From Schmidtea nova (taxonomy: Eukaryota): 64,000 nt of DNA. Below, in pieces: positions 58,301 to 64,000 of the stretch. The stretch spans positions 314,526,001-314,590,000 of the forward strand of contig CM097883.1 in assembly GCA_044892505.1 (NCBI GenBank), read 5' to 3'. Made by a program: the position numbers and the translations under genes. Position 1 is the first letter of the stretch, and each line of letters begins with the position of its first letter. The notes under the pieces are model-generated. The model was given only the letters and a program-made list of their open reading frames with translations. It had not been told where the DNA came from and made no database searches.

Positions 58301-61300
58301 CCTTCTGCATATCTGTGCACTTTCTCTGTAATTGTTCCTAGTATTTCCAACGAATTTTTATTCTCTTTGAATTCCGATAATTTTTCCTGTGCTTTTGCTA
58401 CGATTGCGTCTAATCTCTCTTGATAATCGGCTTTTGCATTGAACAACACTGCTTTGCTTCTTATTCGTGTTTGCATCTGTTTCATCCGTTGGTCTTGATA
58501 TACTGCTTGTCTGAAGAATTGTCCATAATTCAATGCTTCCACCAGCTCTTTATATCGCTTGCTTATTTCTTTGTGCTGCTTTTGGATGTCATAGAAATGT
58601 TCGAAACTCATATCCGGATTCCATTGCTTATCGCCCCATTTCTTGATTAATCCGAATAATTCTTTCTTTCTGTCTTCCAACTTGTATTCTCTTGGGTTCT
58701 CGCTGACCCGTAGCGTATCTCTCGCTATCAACACTGCAAGTGTTTTTGGATCGTATGTTACTTCTAGTAGATGTTTCAGTAACGCATTTTCCCCCCTTGT
58801 GAATACTTCATTACAATTTACGACCCACGAATCTCCTTCTGGTCGTTTCCACTTTAGCAGTATCCTCCAGGTTTTACTGTTCTTTACCTCGATTGCTTGT
58901 TTCATAATCGATCTTCTGGTTAGTTCATCGATTTCCCACGTGGCATTCTCTGTGATATACTTCAGTATTCGGTGATTCGCTCTATCAATTGCATGATTCA
59001 AGAACGTTCGTCCTTCTTTATCTTTTGTCATCCAATTCGATCTGGTGTTTCCGAATAGCTTGATTATTTCATCGTTTCTTCCGTGAATCGTCATCATCAT
59101 AAGTGGAGTAATTCCTTCCCAGTTCACTTTGTCAATTTCTCCTCCACCTTCGAGTATCATTTCTACGATCTCCTTCACTTTCTCGTTTCCACTGTGCTTG
59201 ATTGCATTATGTAACGCGGTATTACCATCTTTGTCTTGTAGATTCAATGTCTGAGGGATCTCCTCTAGCAGCGTCCTTGTTATTGGATGTGCTGTTCTAT
59301 CCTTAGCATACTCCATTACATTCTTTCGAACTTCTGACAGTATATTGAAATCGAACCACCATTTCCATTCTGGTATGATTTCTCTGGTCCTCTTTGCCAG
59401 TTCTTTGATGTCTATTGCTTCTCTTCGATTGTCTTCTAGACTTGTTTGCGGCTTTTGTTGTACTCGCAACATACTGATTCTCGCCGTCTGTGATCTTGTC
59501 ATTACCCGTTTCTCTGGTGATAGAGTTGCTGTATTTGGTATTTTCCTGCATCGACATGCATTCACGTATATTGGTCTTACCAATGGATTGTTCACCAATC
59601 GTACTCGCACATTGTTTTCGTTTACGGTTGTTATTTCGTATGGCCCTTTGCCTGGTCGTTGGAGTTTCTTGACCGTACCGGGTATTATCTCTGGTGTTTC
59701 GATTATCACCCAATCTCCAACTTTTAAATCATGTGCTTTCACGTTCCTTTTCTGATCATGTAGATCCTTATAACTTTCTTGATAGAACTTGATGTTTAGT
59801 TCCGCCGTTTTCCAGATCTCTTGCATTCTTTCTTTGAACTTCGTCACGTAATCGTCAACCTCCATGTACTGTGATAATGGTGGTTGGTATTCTAAATCGA
59901 TCGGTAAGTTGCAATCTCTTCCGTACATCAGTTGAAATGGACTTAGCTTTGTTGCCGCATGTATTGACATTCTATATGCCATCAAACACAAGTTGATATA
60001 CTCGTCCCAGTCAGTCTGATGTTTACTGACGTAATTCGACAACATGCGTATCAATGTTCCATTGAACCTTTCCGTTTGACCGTTCGTTTGTGGATGGTAT
60101 GGGGATGTTCGTAATTTCGCAATTCGGAAGTAATTCGTAACTTCGTCTAATATTTCACTCATGAAATTCGTTCCTTGATCCGTTAGGATTTTCTTTGGTG
60201 TTCCGTATCTGCAGCATATTTCTTCCACCAATATTCTCGCGACTGTTTTCGCCTTTTGATCCGGTATTGCGAATGCTTCTGGGAACTTTGTTAGATAGTC
60301 CGTGACTACTAATATGTATTGATTTCCCTTCAAACTTTCCGGCAATGGTCCAACTACATCCATTGCTATTGTTGCCATTGGTTCTGCAGGTATTGGCATA
60401 GGTTTTAGTGGTGTTTTCCACTTTGCTCCGACGTTCTTTCTTGTCGCACAGGTTAAGCAGTTCTTTATCCATTCTTTCACATCATCTTCCATGGTTGGCC
60501 AAAAATACTTTTGTCTCAATCTCCCGATTGTCTTTTTCGCTGACATGTGTCCGCCTAATTTTCCGTCATGATATTGAGTCATGATTTCCTTTCGCCTATT
60601 CGCAGGTAAGCACATCAATCTCCGTTCTCCATCTTGTATCAATAACCATCCTTTTTCCATCACATATCTATGTTGATATTTCTGCATATGTTCGCGTAAC
60701 GTTTGGTTCTTGCCGAATATTTCCATTTCCCTTTCTTTCAGATACTTGCTGATCAATCCCAACTCCTCATCTTCGAGTTGATCTTTCCTTAATTCGCTGA
60801 AATCCAAATCTTCCGCTATTAATGCACATATTTTTTGAGCATTCAGGTTCACCAATTCTGGAAATGTAAACCTTGACATGCAATCCGCGTTTGCATTTGC
60901 TTTTCCTGCTTTAAACTTTATGAATGGCGAGTATTCTTGTAACTGCATTGCCCAACGCATCAATCTACTTGATGATTCTTTATGTTGGCCTAACCATACC
61001 AATGGTTGATGATCCGTCGTGATATATATTTCATGACCCCACAGCAGGTACTTGAAATGCTTGATTGCTAATATTATCGCATAGGCTTCTCTTTCTGTGA
61101 CTGAGTAATTCCTTTCATGTTTTCTGAACGTTCGACTATAATATCCGATTACTCTCTCTTTGCCTTCTTCATCAAATTGGCCTAGTACTGCTCCTGCTGC
61201 GTATCCACTTGCATCTGTTGCCAACAAAAATGGCTTCTTAAAATCTGGGTGGACCAATATTGGTGCTGTAATCAGCTTGTCCCGTAATGTCTCAAATGCT

Positions 61301-64000
61301 GCTTGCTGTTCTGTTCCCCACACAAACGATACATCTTGTCTTACCAATTCTTGCATTGGCTTTGATATTCCTACATAGTCCTTGATAAACTTTCGATAAT
61401 ATCCACACAATCCCAAAAATTCTTGTATTTGAGTCACTGTCTTTGGTGGTGGACATTCTTTGACTTTTTCGATATTCCTTGGGTCTGGTTCTTTTCCTTT
61501 TGCTGATACAATGTGACCTAAGAATGTCACTTTTTCTTTTGCCCAATCGCACTTTGACGGCTTTAATTTCAGTTTCCACTGTCTCAATTTCACGAACACA
61601 TTTCTGATGTCTTGCAAGTGATCTTCGAATGTTGCGGAGTAGATCAATAGATCGTCGATATACACCATGCATTGTTTTATGCCATGTGTTACGAAATTCA
61701 TGCATCTCTGGAATGATGCTGGCGCGTTTGTTAACCCAAACGGCATTTTCTTGAATTGGTACAGATCTCGTCCGATTGTAAATGCTGTCTTTTCTTTATC
61801 CTCATCTTTCATTTTGATCTGCCAATATCCGCTTTTTAAATCTAGTGACGTGAAATAAGCTGCTCCTTGTAACGTCAACAACATTTCGTTTATGTCTGGC
61901 AGTGGGTACGTATCTCTTTTCGTAACTGCGTTCAATCGTCTGTAATCGATACAGAATCTCTGAGTTCCATCCTTCTTTTTCACCATCACCACTGGGAATT
62001 GCCAGGGTGAGCAACTAGGTTCGATGACCTCTGCATCTAACATCTTTTGTACCTCTTCTTCTGCTACTGCTTTTTGAGCTTCTGCCAGTTTATATGGTCT
62101 TAATGCGATTGGCGTTTCGTCCGTCAACGGTATCGTGTGCAATGTTACATCACATGTTCCTAAATCCAAATCTGATGCTGCGAATATATCTTTATATTCC
62201 ATCAACAGTTTCTGTAACTGTTCTTTTTGTCGTTCGTCTAACAACACACTGTCGATTTTCCATGGTAATTCGTCTTTGCTTTTCTCGTTCTTGTCTGGTA
62301 TTTCGATTTCGGACATGGGTGTCAATTTACCCAATCTCTCATTCTCATATATTATCTTGTCCTCTTCGTCGAAGTTCACCAGATTGATCGGTATTTCTCC
62401 TTCTTGGTTTATCGTGACCAATTCTCTTGCCATTGGTAATTCTTTCTTCACTTCGAACTTCTTACTTGGTTCGAATACCATATCTCCTTTTATTGTCGAA
62501 TCGATCTTGACGTAGCACATCATTTCGTGTCTCGCTGGCACTACTATTTGTTCCGCACTTGCCACTTTAACTTTCATTCTGCAGATTTTTCCTGTTCTGT
62601 CTTTTAGCTTCATTGCTCCTAGATCAATTACGATTTCCTTGAACAGGTCTGGCATCAGGTCAGTTCCAATAATACATGGTACACTCAGCGATGGTATTAC
62701 AGCGATGTACGTGTTGATCTCTGCACCTCGATGCTTAATTTTTACAAACCATCTTCCGGCTACTTCTACTGTCTCCTGACTGCACGCGATTACATGTACA
62801 TTCGTTTTCTCAATTTCTCCTTGGTTTTTCTCGGGTATATAGTTAATGTCGATTGCCGAAATATTCGCGCCTGTATCGATCATAGCTTCAATTTCTCTGC
62901 CATTTATTTCTACGGTTGTTGTTAAGATCGGTCCCATATTTGTGGACATAACCGCTATCGTGTGCGTGTCTTCCAACGAGTTTACGCTTCCGCCTCGTTT
63001 TACTTTGCATCCTTCGGGAATTATCGGGTATATACTTGTCATCGGCATCATCTGCCTCATATTCGGCTTCGCTTTATATATCGGTTCGTTATACATTGAT
63101 TGGGGTGGAGCACTGTATCTCCAATTCTCAACCGCACTCTTTTCGGTATATTGTGGAATCTGGTTTATATTCGCTTGTCCTCCTCGATCGTCATCATCAT
63201 CTTCATCATTGCTTGAATCATCTTGCGTTCGATATCCTCTCACTCTTTCCCATAATCCTTTCCTTTCCTTCTTCAGTTGTCGCCTTGCTTGTTCGTCTTG
63301 TATTATCTTTTTGAATTTCCTTCCAACATCTTCATTTGTTCCTTTCATTTTCGCAAGTATCTTCAACAACCTCTTTATTCGATGTATGTCTTTTGAGTGT
63401 CCGTGTAACACCATCGTTTTCGCAAGGAATGGTAAAAACCCTACTACCATTTTCCAATTCACTTTCTTTTCTCTCTTGTAGATGTCGAAACACGCTAACA
63501 TTTGAGTTATTATCACTCTGACGATTTGTATTATCAGTATAACCCCCAGTATTCCAGCCATCATTTGTCCAAATATCAGGAATCTTCCCCACATTGCCTT
63601 CATCATATTTTCTGTGGCTTTCTTGAAATGTGCCGGTGACAACAACAGTTCGTAATTCGGTCCTTCTCGATAATTCGTTCCTCCCGTTATTGTTACGATA
63701 TTTGACAGTAATGCTTCTCTTCTTGCCGGGAATAATATATTCTGCCTTGCCGCTTCTAAATCTTTTGGACTATAGATTCCGTTGTTTGAGACATCTACGT
63801 CACTGAACTGTCTATCCTTTGACAACTGCATTAGCTCAAATTCTCTTGGTGCTAATACTTCAGTTCTTCCTGGGAACATAACCCATTTGCCATCTGGCTT
63901 CTGATAAAGCGGTCCGTACGCATTACTACAGTTGAATGGATTTGGTTCAAAACTTGGTGGATTGATGATTCTCGTCACCGGTTGAACGTATCGTACTTTT
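55327..64000 (-). CDS. Polyprotein: env-like glycoprotein C-terminus/TM, PR, RT, RNase H, IN, ankyrin repeats, FN3-like modules, TM
   Basis: Open to the window edge (KVRYVQPVTRII..). AMIDTGANIS (62877), FCIDYRRLN, VYIDDLL (61662), LATDASGY, YHDGKLGGH..CLTC, MDVVGPL/TDQGTNF/ERFNGTL, QDKDGNTALHNA and C-terminal TM IMGLISMGVFIACIPLIMVMIVCW. Confidence 0.92.
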   Translation of the reverse strand, partial: KVRYVQPVTRIINPPSFEPNPFNCSNAYGPLYQKPDGKWVMFPGRTEVLAPREFELMQLSKDRQFSDVDVSNNGIYSPKDLEAARQNILFPARREALLSNIVTITGGTNYREGPNYELLLSPAHFKKATENMMKAMWGRFLIFGQMMAGILGVILIIQIVRVIITQMLACFDIYKREKKVNWKMVVGFLPFLAKTMVLHGHSKDIHRIKRLLKILAKMKGTNEDVGRKFKKIIQDEQARRQLKKERKGLWERVRGYRTQDDSSNDEDDDDDRGGQANINQIPQYTEKSAVENWRYSAPPQSMYNEPIYKAKPNMRQMMPMTSIYPIIPEGCKVKRGGSVNSLEDTHTIAVMSTNMGPILTTTVEINGREIEAMIDTGANISAIDINYIPEKNQGEIEKTNVHVIACSQETVEVAGRWFVKIKHRGAEINTYIAVIPSLSVPCIIGTDLMPDLFKEIVIDLGAMKLKDRTGKICRMKVKVASAEQIVVPARHEMMCYVKIDSTIKGDMVFEPSKKFEVKKELPMARELVTINQEGEIPINLVNFDEEDKIIYENERLGKLTPMSEIEIPDKNEKSKDELPWKIDSVLLDERQKEQLQKLLMEYKDIFAASDLDLGTCDVTLHTIPLTDETPIALRPYKLAEAQKAVAEEEVQKMLDAEVIEPSCSPWQFPVVMVKKKDGTQRFCIDYRRLNAVTKRDTYPLPDINEMLLTLQGAAYFTSLDLKSGYWQIKMKDEDKEKTAFTIGRDLYQFKKMPFGLTNAPASFQRCMNFVTHGIKQCMVYIDDLLIYSATFEDHLQDIRNVFVKLRQWKLKLKPSKCDWAKEKVTFLGHIVSAKGKEPDPRNIEKVKECPPPKTVTQIQEFLGLCGYYRKFIKDYVGISKPMQELVRQDVSFVWGTEQQAAFETLRDKLITAPILVHPDFKKPFLLATDASGYAAGAVLGQFDEEGKERVIGYYSRTFRKHERNYSVTEREAYAIILAIKHFKYLLWGHEIYITTDHQPLVWLGQHKESSSRLMRWAMQLQEYSPFIKFKAGKANANADCMSRFTFPELVNLNAQKICALIAEDLDFSELRKDQLEDEELGLISKYLKEREMEIFGKNQTLREHMQKYQHRYVMEKGWLLIQDGERRLMCLPANRRKEIMTQYHDGKLGGHMSAKKTIGRLRQKYFWPTMEDDVKEWIKNCLTCATRKNVGAKWKTPLKPMPIPAEPMATIAMDVVGPLPESLKGNQYILVVTDYLTKFPEAFAIPDQKAKTVARILVEEICCRYGTPKKILTDQGTNFMSEILDEVTNYFRIAKLRTSPYHPQTNGQTERFNGTLIRMLSNYVSKHQTDWDEYINLCLMAYRMSIHAATKLSPFQLMYGRDCNLPIDLEYQPPLSQYMEVDDYVTKFKERMQEIWKTAELNIKFYQESYKDLHDQKRNVKAHDLKVGDWVIIETPEIIPGTVKKLQRPGKGPYEITTVNENNVRVRLVNNPLVRPIYVNACRCRKIPNTATLSPEKRVMTRSQTARISMLRVQQKPQTSLEDNRREAIDIKELAKRTREIIPEWKWWFDFNILSEVRKNVMEYAKDRTAHPITRTLLEEIPQTLNLQDKDGNTALHNAIKHSGNEKVKEIVEMILEGGGEIDKVNWEGITPLMMMTIHGRNDEIIKLFGNTRSNWMTKDKEGRTFLNHAIDRANHRILKYITENATWEIDELTRRSIMKQAIEVKNSKTWRILLKWKRPEGDSWVVNCNEVFTRGENALLKHLLEVTYDPKTLAVLIARDTLRVSENPREYKLEDRKKELFGLIKKWGDKQWNPDMSFEHFYDIQKQHKEISKRYKELVEALNYGQFFRQAVYQDQRMKQMQTRIRSKAVLFNAKADYQERLDAIVAKAQEKLSEFKENKNSLEILGTITEKVHRYAEGDYNESDIETIKNQMPVAFLLSKDGRLPIHWALRRKKENEVLEITKAMVKCEADMNTVDDNGDTIMIIAARKKTNCKVLNELYEAGAKIEGKNGKNNSIIDIAIQWNNFEMIKFIKSIKKQDDIEYLANNVKNFSLTVMIHDIEKTRALLTWVNPITKEPTFKINDHMEQNQNWCIRSALLRHKKPEIVEEFLKRRDLKFTNNPKEQERTGRWKDLFRKYVNEWANAKGAIKQSRLEDIEPSKDMEIREFESSTLAVQAYERLIEEINVEDDIFKGPGGGYKDFDDKSNNEENNEDNDNKRTEDNEKERQEEPKPTRNDKKGEAEERENRGTKDESTNYGKRTGSLLLRPEMLCIAILLTIIGQGEAKKQYVTLEIIRGNEVYERICWKENLGKNDTLKCILSDLKRDVIQIKGLEKEKSYIICAVKQRGEPKAPQVTACQLYKATEALKIQKWIEKRSEETTRRTEVEPEKGENQTEAEEGIRNRTEKERITKNPAGKLTFQPELICVALILILIKRIIEDIDISVMTLVNIQDQRTTNGRCWGRNNEVIGISETRESREAETNEEIEITEMETEKTCELCLMEKAANGNRPGTSECKVFQAKEIIEFPKRKKQDQEMIANEVVTVEIKNIGRRTIGMCWRKYIGIPTNIIIPQCRTRERGIPFQLNGFEVGQAYEICVIRRIREVIQRSLECRLYKTPEQINGTRTIEMGGSRQRKRKSRRTTTTNSQGTQQTTEGTSIKNEPESTTLIIWKIHKKVLEICWTLMPNSMRESPRNCQKTSNDKREIIEVEMRRLKTNAEYEVCAIEEVDAQGNQQERCETYYTPRNITIKGGTRKLEFRELSQKREQTETEEILQNQQERWEPEKVIEEVRQRQQQYEQWEAEWKGQYGVMTNQSETPKMSIGKTIMGLISMGVFIACIPLIMVMIVCWRYGMRNKTIAVKWPDVKVMNYNIKLPKEVREELKRRSRHEEMWVQIEDEELYEGKPVVIV

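Larger units (their letters stand above)
48244..64000 (-). mobile_element. Giant Gypsy-like (env-bearing) retroelement, 3' portion; 5' part outside the window
   Basis: PR-RT-RH-IN order inside a >2,880-aa ORF, followed by six co-oriented intronless ORFs with the same A-rich coding skew. The 3' boundary is tentative. Confidence 0.8.

Noticed and set aside
52196-63521. Numerous plus-strand hydrophobic ORFs opposite the giant element's genes
   Set aside because: Expected antisense shadows of A-rich coding sequence, with no motifs.

Overview
AT-rich, intron-bearing animal genomic DNA made almost entirely of mobile elements. The ~50-nt introns, Polinton, NeSL/R5-type LINEs and giant Gypsy suggest a flatworm such as a planarian, but that is inference only. 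(1) 1-6024: right arm and terminus of a Polinton/Maverick, with core-protein-like, packaging ATPase, TBP-like and membrane-protein genes, a 15-bp satellite, an E2F/AP-1 cluster and a ...CTACCTACT end. (2) A host eIF5A gene. (3) A decayed Gypsy-like region in which a 2.78-kb direct repeat flanks a 6.5-kb insert. The insert holds a NeSL-type non-LTR retrotransposon with Ulp1-like domains, joined directly to a 5'-truncated 5S rRNA gene. (4) An internally deleted CNOT1 fragment. (5) A ~380-bp tandem array carrying type I hammerhead ribozymes (retrozyme-like). (6) A hAT pseudogene interrupted by a young 4-kb Gypsy, followed by more decayed Gypsy and LINE pieces, a piggyBac-type MITE and a 210-N gap. 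(7) From ~48.2 kb to the window end, on the minus strand, part of a giant Gypsy-like element. One >2,880-aa ORF fuses a chuvirus-like envelope glycoprotein C-terminus upstream of PR-RT-RH-IN and continues into ankyrin repeats, FN3-like modules and a TM anchor. Six intronless accessory ORFs follow, including a complete TRAF, each preceded by a splice-acceptor AG. This element is the best candidate for an undescribed system. All homology calls come from motifs recognised by eye; no searches were run.
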